Below are positions 46,272 through 56,000 of a DNA stretch of 64,000 nucleotides, piece by piece (positions within the stretch are counted from its first letter, which is position 1; the number at the start of each line of letters is the position of its first letter). The notes beneath the pieces are model-generated. The model was not told where the DNA came from and did no database searches. It was given only the letters and a program-made list of their open reading frames with translations. The position numbers were made by a program, and so were the translations under genes. Source of the stretch: a bacterium. GTDB lineage: Bacteria; Acidobacteriota; HRBIN11; JAKEFK01. The DNA lies in NCBI GenBank assembly GCA_022616075.1, contig JAKEFK010000374.1:8560-72559 (forward strand), given 5' to 3'.

Positions 46272-48032
46272 ATGAAGCAGATTGCACATCTTTGCATACT
46301 ACTCATTCTCTTCATCGCGGTTAATCTGGCAGCTGAAGAGAATCAACAGGTTAAGGATACCGTTGAGAATTACTTTGAAGAACTTTTGAAATTGGATCCC
46401 TTTATGGCGACTTCCATTGGGGATAAGCGGTATAACGATCAATTTCCAAATTCCATTGGACCGGAGCATCGAAAGAAAATGGAAAATCTGGAAAAGGAAT
46501 ATCTCGCCAGAATCAAAACTCTCGACGCGTCTCAGTTAACGGGTCAGGACCTTTTGACGTACGAGATTTTCAAAAGGGATCGCGAAATACAAATCGAGGC
46601 TTATCGTTTTCCGAATCACCTGCTTCCAGTGGATCAATCGGGCAGTATTCCGAGTTTTTTTGCTCTGCAAGGGTCAGGCGAAGGTTCGCATCCGTTCAAG
46701 ACGGTTAAAGACTACGAAGACTTTCTTCGTCGGATCGATGGTTTTGAAGTCTGGATGAATCAAGCCATCGTCAATATGAAAGAAGGCGCCGGTAAGGATT
46801 ACGTTCAGCCGGCCGTCGTGATGGAGAAGGTCTTGCCGCAGCTGAAAGCACACGTTGTGCAAAATCCGGAAGAAAGCATTTTCTGGGGACCGATTCGGAA
46901 TTTTCCGAAAAGTTTCAATCAGGAAGATCGCAAGCGTCTGACCACAGAATACCAGAATGCGATTCAAAACAAGATTGTTCCTGCATATCGCAAGTTGCAT
47001 GACTATGTTCGTGACGATTACATGAAGAAAACACGTCCGACTGTCGGCCTCAATGCTTTGCCGGAAGGAGCCGCCTGGTATGCGTACAATGTGAAAAGTT
47101 ATACAACAACCGATCTCACGCCGGAACAGATTCACCAGATAGGGTTGGCGGAAGTAAAACGAATCCACGATGAAATGCGCAAAGTCATGAAAGAGGTCGG
47201 TTTTGAAGAAGATCTAAAAGCTTTTTTCAAGATTGCGAATGAAGATCCCCGATTTTATTACACAAAACGTGAAGATCTTCTCAATGGCTATCGCCAGTTG
47301 AAAGAAAAAATTCGACCGCTTTTGCCAAAGCTCTTTGATGTGATGCCGAAAGCGGACTATGAAGTTCGCGCTGTGGAAGAATTCCGTGAGAAGTCTGCGT
47401 CCGGTGGCTCCTACGATAGTGCCTCCCCTGATGGCTCACGCCCCGGTGTTTTTTATGTGAATGCTTACGACCTTTCTGCCCGGCCGAAATGGGCAATGGA
47501 AGCGCTCTCTCTTCATGAAGCGGCACCAGGTCATCATTTTCAAATTGCAATCCAGCAAGAGCTGGACAATCTGCCGCGGTTCCGGCGTTTCGGGGGTTAT
47601 GGCGCTTTCATAGAAGGCTGGGGACTCTACGCGGAATCACTCGGCAAGGAGCTTGGCGTTTACACGGATCCATACCAGTACTTCGGATCGCTAAACGCGG
47701 AATTGTGGCGCGCCATCCGCCTGGTGGTGGATACCGGTTTGCACGCGAAGGATTGGACTCGCGAGGATGTCCTGAACTATATGTACGAGAATTCTGCGGT
47801 GAAGGAAGCCCGCGCCGTCAGTGAAGCTGAGCGATACATCTCAAATGCAGGTCAGGCGCTTGGATACAAGATCGGACAAATGAAAATTCGGGAACTTCGC
47901 GAACGCGCCGAAAAAGCGCTGGGAAACAAATTCAGCGTGCGCGAATTTCATAGCCAGGTTCTGCTGGACGGCGCCTTGCCTCTGGACGTTTTGGAACGCA
48001 AAATCGATCGGTGGATTCAAAGCAAAAAATAG
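46272..48032 (+). CDS. DUF885-family secreted protein (putative metallopeptidase-like)
   Basis: Signal peptide. LHEAAPGHHFQ block. Confidence 0.6.
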   Translation: MKQIAHLCILLILFIAVNLAAEENQQVKDTVENYFEELLKLDPFMATSIGDKRYNDQFPNSIGPEHRKKMENLEKEYLARIKTLDASQLTGQDLLTYEIFKRDREIQIEAYRFPNHLLPVDQSGSIPSFFALQGSGEGSHPFKTVKDYEDFLRRIDGFEVWMNQAIVNMKEGAGKDYVQPAVVMEKVLPQLKAHVVQNPEESIFWGPIRNFPKSFNQEDRKRLTTEYQNAIQNKIVPAYRKLHDYVRDDYMKKTRPTVGLNALPEGAAWYAYNVKSYTTTDLTPEQIHQIGLAEVKRIHDEMRKVMKEVGFEEDLKAFFKIANEDPRFYYTKREDLLNGYRQLKEKIRPLLPKLFDVMPKADYEVRAVEEFREKSASGGSYDSASPDGSRPGVFYVNAYDLSARPKWAMEALSLHEAAPGHHFQIAIQQELDNLPRFRRFGGYGAFIEGWGLYAESLGKELGVYTDPYQYFGSLNAELWRAIRLVVDTGLHAKDWTREDVLNYMYENSAVKEARAVSEAERYISNAGQALGYKIGQMKIRELRERAEKALGNKFSVREFHSQVLLDGALPLDVLERKIDRWIQSKK

Positions 48033-48075
48033 TTCGCGCGCGGACAGCAAAATCCCGTAACCGGACGGGAGGGAT

Positions 48076-48101
48076 GTAGTGCGGGCGACTCGCCCGTCTA
48101 C
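48076..48101. repeat. REP-like family A minimal hairpin (GTAGTGCGGGCGACTCGCCCGTCTAC)
   Basis: Palindromic core CGGGCG-ACT-CGCCCG. Confidence 0.5.
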
Positions 48102-48124
48102 AATCCATTGGCACAGTCCTTGCC

Positions 48125-50560
48125 TTGCCTCAACACATGGAAATCTTGTTTCAAGATTTTCGGTATGCGTTGCGCGTTCTGCGCACAAACCCTGGTTTCA
48201 CCATAGTTGCTATCCTGACCCTTGCTTTAGGAATCGGCTCGAATACCGCCATTTTTAGCGTCACCAACGGACTCTTTTTGCGCCCACTCCCTGTTCCCTC
48301 ACCGGATCAGATGGTTCGAATCTACCCACTACAAACAGATGGTGGTTCTGAAATAGTTTCGTATCCGAATTACAGACAGCTTCGCTATCGCTTGCGGAGT
48401 CTGGAGCTTGCAGCACACCAACACACAGCGATCAGTTTTGGAACGGGAAAAGGTTCAACCACCCTGAATGCGGAGCTGGTCAGCGGAAACTATTTTCAAA
48501 CGTTTCAAGTCCAGGCACTGGCCGGGAGGATTCTCTCTCCTGAAGATGATCAGGCAGGGGCTAGTCCGGTGGCTCTGATCAGCCATCGTTTGTGGAATAG
48601 TCATTTTCATCTGGATCCTGCGATTCTAGGTCAGAAAATTTATTTGAACAGACATCCATTCAGCGTCATTGGTGTTTTGCCAAAAAGTTTTCATGGTACC
48701 TATTTGACTGCCGATGCAGACGTGTGGACTTCCATCGCAATGCATGAACAAGTGAGGCCGCGTGGTATTCCACTGGAAAGTCCCGGGTGGGGATGGCTGA
48801 GCCTGACCGTGCGCTTGAAGGATGGAATCAATATCGAGAAGGCTCAATCTGAGCTCGATCAAGTCGCGCCGCAAATCCAAAAGGATTTGCCACGATACAA
48901 CGATGGATTGGCTTTCCGTGTAATCAAAGCGAGCGCTCTTCCGGAAAGCCTGAGTGAAGAGCTACGTAAAGCTGTCGGGTTTCTCACGATCGTGACCGGA
49001 TTGGTATTGCTCGTTGTATGTGCCAACCTTGCCGGCGCACTTCTGCCACGCGTAATTGCCCGAAGACGCGAAACAGCAATTCGAAAGTCGTTAGGCGCCA
49101 GTCAATCACGACTGGTTCGCCAGTGGCTCACCGAAAGCGTACTTCTTGCCATTTTTGGCGGTGTGGCGGGTGTATTCGCAGCCATCTGGTTCAAAGAAGC
49201 GTTTAAACTTCTGCTGCCCCCGGAATGGCAATTATTTATGCCTGTATTCTCGCTTGATGCACGTGTAATTTTGTTTGTATTCTTCATAAGCTTGCTCACA
49301 GGAATCCTGTGTGGATTAACCCCAGCACTTCAATTGCGCAGACCAGATATGAACGCTGCTCTGAAAGGCGAAACCGGCGGAGTCCCGCGTTACCGTCTCT
49401 TCGGAATGTTTGTTGCCTCACAAACATCAATCTCGCTGGTTCTTCTGATAGTCGCCGCGCTCTTGCTCAGAAGTCTTTTGACTTCCAACGCCTTCAATAT
49501 TGGATTCGATGCAAAAAATGTTCTGGTCGCAACGGTGGACACGCAACGTCATTCCTTTACCGATGAGCAAGGCCGTGAATTTTTTGATCGACTTACAGCG
49601 AGGCTCAAGTCCTTGCCAATGGTCCGTTCCGTCACATTCGCAACGGTCACTCCACTGGGAGGCGCGCGCGAATCCCAGGGTTTTGAAATTCCCGGCAAAC
49701 AGACGGCATCCGGAAAACGCATTTTTAGCATCGCTACCAACAGCATTGGCCCTGACTATTTTCAAACGATGGGAATCCCTTTACGAAAAGGACGGGACTT
49801 TACAGATCAGGAAATTCAAGGCAAGACTATGCCCGCAGCGATCATCAATGAAACCATGGCCAAAATGTTCTGGCCTCAACAGAATCCGGTTGGTAAAAAC
49901 ATTCGTTTGTCGGATGGACCGGAGCTGGAAATCGTTGGAATCGCAAACGACATTCAGTATTACTCGATTGGAGAAGATCCACAGCCTTACGTTTACACAA
50001 CACCCGCCACTGTCTTCATCGGTCAGATGACGATACATATTCGAACCACGGGTGATCCAAGCAAGCTTGCTCAAACAATCATTCGGGAAATCGCTGCGGT
50101 GGATCAGAACGTCGCGCCTTACGATGTAATGCCATTCTTAACACTACGATGGCTTCAACTATTTCCGCTCCGTGCTCTTGCAACGGTTGCCGGATTCCTG
50201 GGAATGCTGGCGCTCATTCTTACCGCTATCGGAATCTATGGCGTCCTGTCTTACGCCGTAACGCAACGAACAAAAGAGATTGGCGTTCGAATTGCGCTGG
50301 GCGCTACACCCGGATCCATTTTGCAGCTCATCCTCAGTCAGGGAATGACATTTGTTCTCATCGGAGCTGCCGCAGGTTTAACTGGAGCTTTCTTCGTGAC
50401 CCGATTCCTGTCTTTCCTTCTCTTTCAAATCAGCCCAACCGACTCAATAAGTTTTCTGATCGTAACGGCGCTGCTTGCGGTTATCGCAATACTCGCTTCG
50501 GTCATTCCCGCACGCAGAGCAATGAGAATCGAACCCACCATCACGCTCCGCTACGAATAA
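48125..50560 (+). CDS. MacB/FtsX-like ABC transporter permease with large periplasmic domain (acidobacterial duplicated orphan permease type); no ATPase gene adjacent
   Basis: N-terminal FRYALRVLRTNPGFTIVAILTLALGIGSNTAIFSV. Two FtsX-like 4-TM modules. Confidence 0.8.
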   Translation: MPQHMEILFQDFRYALRVLRTNPGFTIVAILTLALGIGSNTAIFSVTNGLFLRPLPVPSPDQMVRIYPLQTDGGSEIVSYPNYRQLRYRLRSLELAAHQHTAISFGTGKGSTTLNAELVSGNYFQTFQVQALAGRILSPEDDQAGASPVALISHRLWNSHFHLDPAILGQKIYLNRHPFSVIGVLPKSFHGTYLTADADVWTSIAMHEQVRPRGIPLESPGWGWLSLTVRLKDGINIEKAQSELDQVAPQIQKDLPRYNDGLAFRVIKASALPESLSEELRKAVGFLTIVTGLVLLVVCANLAGALLPRVIARRRETAIRKSLGASQSRLVRQWLTESVLLAIFGGVAGVFAAIWFKEAFKLLLPPEWQLFMPVFSLDARVILFVFFISLLTGILCGLTPALQLRRPDMNAALKGETGGVPRYRLFGMFVASQTSISLVLLIVAALLLRSLLTSNAFNIGFDAKNVLVATVDTQRHSFTDEQGREFFDRLTARLKSLPMVRSVTFATVTPLGGARESQGFEIPGKQTASGKRIFSIATNSIGPDYFQTMGIPLRKGRDFTDQEIQGKTMPAAIINETMAKMFWPQQNPVGKNIRLSDGPELEIVGIANDIQYYSIGEDPQPYVYTTPATVFIGQMTIHIRTTGDPSKLAQTIIREIAAVDQNVAPYDVMPFLTLRWLQLFPLRALATVAGFLGMLALILTAIGIYGVLSYAVTQRTKEIGVRIALGATPGSILQLILSQGMTFVLIGAAAGLTGAFFVTRFLSFLLFQISPTDSISFLIVTALLAVIAILASVIPARRAMRIEPTITLRYE

Positions 50561-50566
50561 ACAAAG

Positions 50567-50616
50567 TAGCGCGGACGTCCCGTCTGCCAATGTCGCAGGC
50601 GAGACGCCTGCGCTAC
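50567..50616. repeat. REP-like palindrome family A (opposite orientation)
   Basis: GTAGCGCGGACGTCCCGTCTGCC…GCAGGCGAGACGCCTGCGCTAC. Confidence 0.7.
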
Positions 50617-50677
50617 TTTGCTGAATTAAGGTAGAATATTTTCTCTTAAAATCGCATCTAAAGGGGTAAGGACAACT

Positions 50678-51721
50678 ATGAAGCAGGTTCTAGCGACTCA
50701 TGATCTGGATTATGTCCGTTCGATTCTTCGTGAGTACTACGGGCGTCATCTAAAAAGTAAATCCGATCTATCTCAAAAAGCCTGCTGCATAGACGAAAGT
50801 CAAAAACGTTTCAAAGACATCCTCGAATTGATTCCCGAAGACGTAAAAGCGCGTCATTATGGATGTGGTTGTCCGGTTCCGGAAGATGATCTGACGGGAT
50901 TGCGAGTCCTGGATTTAGGATCGGGAGCGGGTGTGGATGCTTTTATATTGTCTTATCTTGTCGGACCATCCGGATTTGTTTATGGCATCGACATGACGGA
51001 TGAACAACTGGAGATTGCTAACGGCTATGCTCCGACCGTGATGAAACGCTTTGGTTACAGTGAAACGAACGTCCATTTTGAGAAAGACTTTATCGAAGTT
51101 GCAGGATCGATTCCGGATCAATCTATCGACATTGTTATTTCTGATTGTGTAATCAATTTGTCTCCGCGAAAGGATCTTGTTTTCAAGACGATTTTTCGTG
51201 TGTTGAAGGATGGCGGAGAATTTTATGTTTCAGACATTGCTTCCGACCGCCGAGTGCCTGATTCGATTCGAAATAATCCAGAAATGCTCGCTGAATGTCT
51301 TGGTGGCGCTGAATATGAGCACGATTGGTTCGACGTTATGAAGGATTGTGGTTTTCAAGATCCGCGGACTGTAAGCCGGATGGAAGTTCAAAGAGATGTT
51401 CTTGGTGAGCCAATTGTATTCTACTCCATGACCGTTCGCGGTTTCCGTTTTGTAGATCCGCTCGATCGGCGTTGTGAAGACTACGGCCAGATCGCCACAT
51501 ACAAAGGAAACATTCCCGGTCTTCGCGCGCGATTCGCGCTGGATAACCATCACATATTTGAATCTCATCGACCTGTGCCCGTTTGCCGCAATACCGCGCG
51601 AATGTTGCAGGAATCCAGACTCGGCCGCTATTTTGACGTCACGCCCTCCATCAGGCATTTTGGATTGTTTGACTGTGCCCCAACAACGAATAGTACAGAT
51701 ACCAAATCACCTTGTTGCTAG
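50678..51721 (+). CDS. arsM: ArsM-like SAM-dependent (arsenite) methyltransferase
   Basis: VLDLGSGAGVDAF SAM motif. Conserved-cysteine blocks KACCIDES, YGCGCP and DCVINL, as in ArsM. Confidence 0.65.
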   Translation: MKQVLATHDLDYVRSILREYYGRHLKSKSDLSQKACCIDESQKRFKDILELIPEDVKARHYGCGCPVPEDDLTGLRVLDLGSGAGVDAFILSYLVGPSGFVYGIDMTDEQLEIANGYAPTVMKRFGYSETNVHFEKDFIEVAGSIPDQSIDIVISDCVINLSPRKDLVFKTIFRVLKDGGEFYVSDIASDRRVPDSIRNNPEMLAECLGGAEYEHDWFDVMKDCGFQDPRTVSRMEVQRDVLGEPIVFYSMTVRGFRFVDPLDRRCEDYGQIATYKGNIPGLRARFALDNHHIFESHRPVPVCRNTARMLQESRLGRYFDVTPSIRHFGLFDCAPTTNSTDTKSPCC

Positions 51722-52816
51722 ATGAATCTTCTCCTTTCGCTCGCAGCCCTGTTTGTTTCTTATGCCAACGGCACAAACGATAACTTCAAAGGGGTCGCAA
51801 CTCTTTATGGCGGCAAAGTTTTCAGTTACAAAAAAGCATTAGTCTGGGCTTCTGTAACAACTTTTGTCGGATCGATTCTCAGCTTCATTCTGGCTACTAA
51901 GTTATTAGCAATATTTTCCGGAATAGGAATCGTGAGTCAGACAACTTTGCAGAATCCCGCATTCCTTGCCACTGTGGCTCTTGCTGCTGCCTGCACAGTT
52001 ATGCTGGCAACCCTCCTTCGTTTTCCGATATCCACAACGCACAGCCTCCTGGGTGGATTGGTAGGAAGCGGCCTTGCAAGCGGAGGACTTACCTCATTCG
52101 CTGCATTAGGAAAGTTATTCTTTCTACCGCTTCTCATTGGGCCGGCTGCAGCCCTAATTTTTACAGCAGTCCTCTATGCGATTTTTCACAGGGTTCGCGA
52201 AATGGCAAAAGTTGAAAGCTCGTATTGCCTGTGCGTTGGAGAAACCCAGGAGGTTTTAGTTGGCACACCTGGTCTGCTAACGATTCGTTCGACCGGCGTC
52301 AGGATATCAATGGAAGACGAAAAGGATTGCCGCTTGATTTATCCTGGCCGTTTCTTTGGTTGGAATCTGCAAAAATTGATGGATCAAGCTCACATCCTCA
52401 GCGCGGGCGCAGTTTCATTTGCGCGGGGCCTGAACGATACACCTAAGATCGCGGCTTTATTGCTGCTCGTTCCTTCTATCACCCCGAAGAGCGGTTTGTT
52501 GCTTGTTGCACTTTTCATGCTGGCGGGCGGAGCCATTCACTCTCACAGGATCGCACGAAGAATGAGTTTTGAGGTGACTGAAATGAATCCCGGACAGGCC
52601 TACACCGCAAATCTTGTAACAGCCCTTCTGGTTATTTCAGGTTCTTTGATGGGCTTTCCGCTTTCTACGACTCATGTTTCTTGCGGCGCGTTGTTTGGCA
52701 TCGGCATGGTGAATGGAACCGCAAGCAAAAATACGATCGCGCAAATCCTGTTTGCCTGGGTAATCACCCTTCCTACAGCAGCAATTCTCGCTGCCCTGTT
52801 CTGGTTAGTTCTGTAG
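51722..52816 (+). CDS. PiT-family inorganic phosphate (or arsenate) transporter
   Basis: ANGTNDNFKG and ARGLNDTPK (GxNDxxN/K signature of both PiT halves). Its ATG directly abuts the arsM stop. Confidence 0.75.
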   Translation: MNLLLSLAALFVSYANGTNDNFKGVATLYGGKVFSYKKALVWASVTTFVGSILSFILATKLLAIFSGIGIVSQTTLQNPAFLATVALAAACTVMLATLLRFPISTTHSLLGGLVGSGLASGGLTSFAALGKLFFLPLLIGPAAALIFTAVLYAIFHRVREMAKVESSYCLCVGETQEVLVGTPGLLTIRSTGVRISMEDEKDCRLIYPGRFFGWNLQKLMDQAHILSAGAVSFARGLNDTPKIAALLLLVPSITPKSGLLLVALFMLAGGAIHSHRIARRMSFEVTEMNPGQAYTANLVTALLVISGSLMGFPLSTTHVSCGALFGIGMVNGTASKNTIAQILFAWVITLPTAAILAALFWLVL

Positions 52817-53012
52817 TGGCAGAGCATTCACCATTTCTTCTTGACTGAATTTGCTACTTCCAACCGATACAAGCAAATTATCGGCGAGTGAATGCTCTGC
52901 TTTCTCGTGACTCAAGCAGAGCATTTTCACCCGATAAGCAATTTTTGAATGAGGTCAGAGTCTACTTGCTTTGCGTGTTTATACAAATCGCCAGGAAAAT
53001 GCTCTGCCACTA
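52813..53012. mobile_element. MITE-like element family D (about 200 bp); left terminal inverted repeat contains the PiT stop codon
   Basis: GTAGTGGCAGAGCATT … AAATGCTCTGCCACTAC, plus internal GAATGCTCTGC/GCAGAGCATTTT sub-repeats. Homologous to 29033-29242. Confidence 0.65.
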
Positions 53013-53057
53013 CGAAGGATAGGGCGGGCCTCTCTGCCCGCCCTACAACCAGTTCAG

Positions 53058-56000
53058 TTATTGCACTCCGAACACGAGATCGTCGCGATCGTTATAACTT
53101 CCGGAGGTGCAACTGGAAGCCGTTCCCTGGTATCGGAAATTGCCGCGAACTGCCTGGTTTGCTCCTGCCGGCAGTGTATAGCTGGCCGTAAATGTTCTGA
53201 CTCCCGCAGCGGAGCACTGCTGGGTACCAATCAGGGTCCAGCTTGGTGTGGCTGCGGTGGCAGTTCTGTAGACATCGATCCGATCAGCCGTGCTGTAGCA
53301 GTACACTGTGAAGGTAATTGTTACAGCTTTGCCAGAGGCAAAAGCAGTTCCGTCATTTGTCGCAATCTTCATTCGATCAATCGATTCGTCTACATGATAG
53401 GTACCCGAATTTCCATCTATGCAAGAGTCGTTAATCGTGTTCGGTCGATTCGTTTCATTGCCATTTGTCATCGTGCCTCGTCCATTGATCAGCGTTGCTC
53501 CCGTGTCGCAGGATTTTCCTCCGCTCGGACACGCCGGCGCCTGATAAGTGGCATTGAATGTCGCTATCAAATCGCCAGCAGCAACATTATTTACAGTCAC
53601 GTTGACCGCTGTTGATGTCGTTGAATTGTTCGCTGCATCAAAAGCTTTGCTCGTCAAGTTGTGAGCGCCGTTGGAAGTTGTTGTTGTGTTCCAGCTGATG
53701 CTATACGGTGAAGTTGTATCCGTTCCTAATAAAGTCGTACCATCCAGATAGAATTCGACTTTCGTCACTCCAACGTTGTCGCTCGCATTTGCGCTCACCG
53801 TAACTCCCGTTCCACTAACGGTCGTGCCACTTGTGGGTGCTGTGATGGAGGTTGTTGGAGGCGTTGTGTCCGCTGCCTGATTGACTGCAAAGACCAGGTC
53901 ATCACGGTCATTGTAGCTGCCGCTTGAGCAGGAGGCGTTCGTACTCTGATACCGGAACTGGGCGCGTATCGCCTGAAGTGTTCCGGTCGATGGAAGTGTG
54001 TACGACGCAGTGAATGTCCTGGAGACTCCTCCTGCCGTACAGGCCTGTGTTCCAATCAATGTCCAGGATGGCGAAGCAGCATTCGAGGTGTAGTAAAGAT
54101 CCAGGCTATCTGCAGTTCCCCAGCACCATGCAGTTGCAGAAATGGTGACAGTCTTGCCGCCCGCTAATGCAGTTCCATCGTTTGTCGATACAGACAATCG
54201 ATCCAGAGACTCATCATTATGGTAGGTTCCGGAAGTGCCATCCGCACAACTATCGTTAATTGTGTTCGGCTGATTTGTTTCAGCGCCGCCGCTCATCGTA
54301 TCGCGGCCGTTGATTATCGACGCACCCGTATCGCATCCGCACGATGTTGTGCCATTGCACCTGGGCGCTTGGAGTGTTCCGTCAAATGCTGCTGCTGCAG
54401 GAGTACACCCGCCGCCACCTGATGCGGTTGTGAAGCTAAATATGGAACTATAGGAACCCGCGCCGCAACTATTGTTCGCGCGCGCTCTCCAGTAGTAAAC
54501 CGTTGAATTCGACAGGGCCGGTGAAACCGTCCACGTGCTGGAAGTGACGTTCTGGGATCGTACAACTGTAGCGCAACTGCTGTCGCTGCATACTTGAATA
54601 TCGTACGAAGTTGCGCCGGAGACGTCGCTCCAATCCAATGCGGGAGTCGTTGAAACATTCGTTGCATTGTTTACAGGACTCACTAACGAAGGAGTCCCCG
54701 GAAGCGTACATCCGCCGGCTGGAGTCGCAGATGCGCAAGAGCTCTGCGCTGGTCCGTAACACTTGTCACCAGCAGTGGAGCCAACAGCTACCACATTGTA
54801 ATAGTACGTTCGGCCGTTAACGACCTGAGTGTCGGTATAAGAAGTGCCTGTTGGGCTGGCTATTAGCACTTTGCCATAGTTGCAGCCAGCGTGTCCTTCT
54901 GTCCGAAGCACCCAGTATTTGGAAGCGCCGGCTACAGCGGTCCAGGAAAGCGCGACCGAATGATCACCAGGCGTAGGTGTTACTGTAGGAGCTGATGTCG
55001 GTCCGCTGGAGCATCCGCTATTTACGGGAGTCGGTGTCGAGCAAGCAATATTATGCCGATTGAATGCCGCATAGATAGCGGTCATGTGCGGAGTCCCGTC
55101 GTTCACATTTCCGTTGTCATCATCAGCTGCAAGCCATTGCATATAACCGTTTGAGGATCCGCAACCGTTCGACGTTCCCGCGGTACAATCGCACGCGTGC
55201 CACGTTCCAACGTTTCCACTTCCTTGATAGAAAATTTTGTTGCCGATCATGAAAGCAGTGTTGGAGTTGTAAGTAAACGGAGCCGCAGTTAAATCGCGCG
55301 TAACTAGATCCCACGCTGCCTGCCGTACGGGGGCTGCAGAACAATGAACCTGGCGTCCGCACGGTCCTGTACCGCTGGAACACTGGCCGCAGACAAAGTT
55401 TTGGGGTGTATCCGGTGTGTTGGGATTGTGTTTTGCCCAGTCAGCATCGCGCACGCCCGAACAGTTTGTGTCGCAGTGCGTGCCGGTGATGGATTCGTTT
55501 GCATTGAAACCTGTACCGTCCGCTGTTTGGCCGCAACCGTCATCCGCCGTCCAGAAGAAACCGTGTCCGACACAGGATGCCTGATAACGATAGATCGCGG
55601 CGATATCCGCGTAAGCTTCACTGGAACTGCTGAGAACTCCAGCGGCGTCGTTATCATCCATGCCGTGTCCCCATTCATGATCGAATACCCCAGCAAGCTC
55701 ACCCGTGTTACGGCATCCACCGCCACTCCGGTAAAAGTTGATTGTGGATCCATTCCAGAATCCATTACATGTCTGGTTGATATTTACGTTCGCCGTTAAT
55801 TGAGCCTGGAGCCATGTGTTCGTAGGAAGCCAACCGCGCGCTTGTTCAGCGATCTTGTTTACTTCATAGAATGCTGAACGTGCCGAAGCAGTATTTCCCG
55901 CGCCGCCAAATCCAGGAGTTGTACAATCATGCTGGCCATTCGTGCCGCCCAGATTCAGACCGCCCGCCTGGCTATAGCTGATCGATCCGCAAGCATCTGA

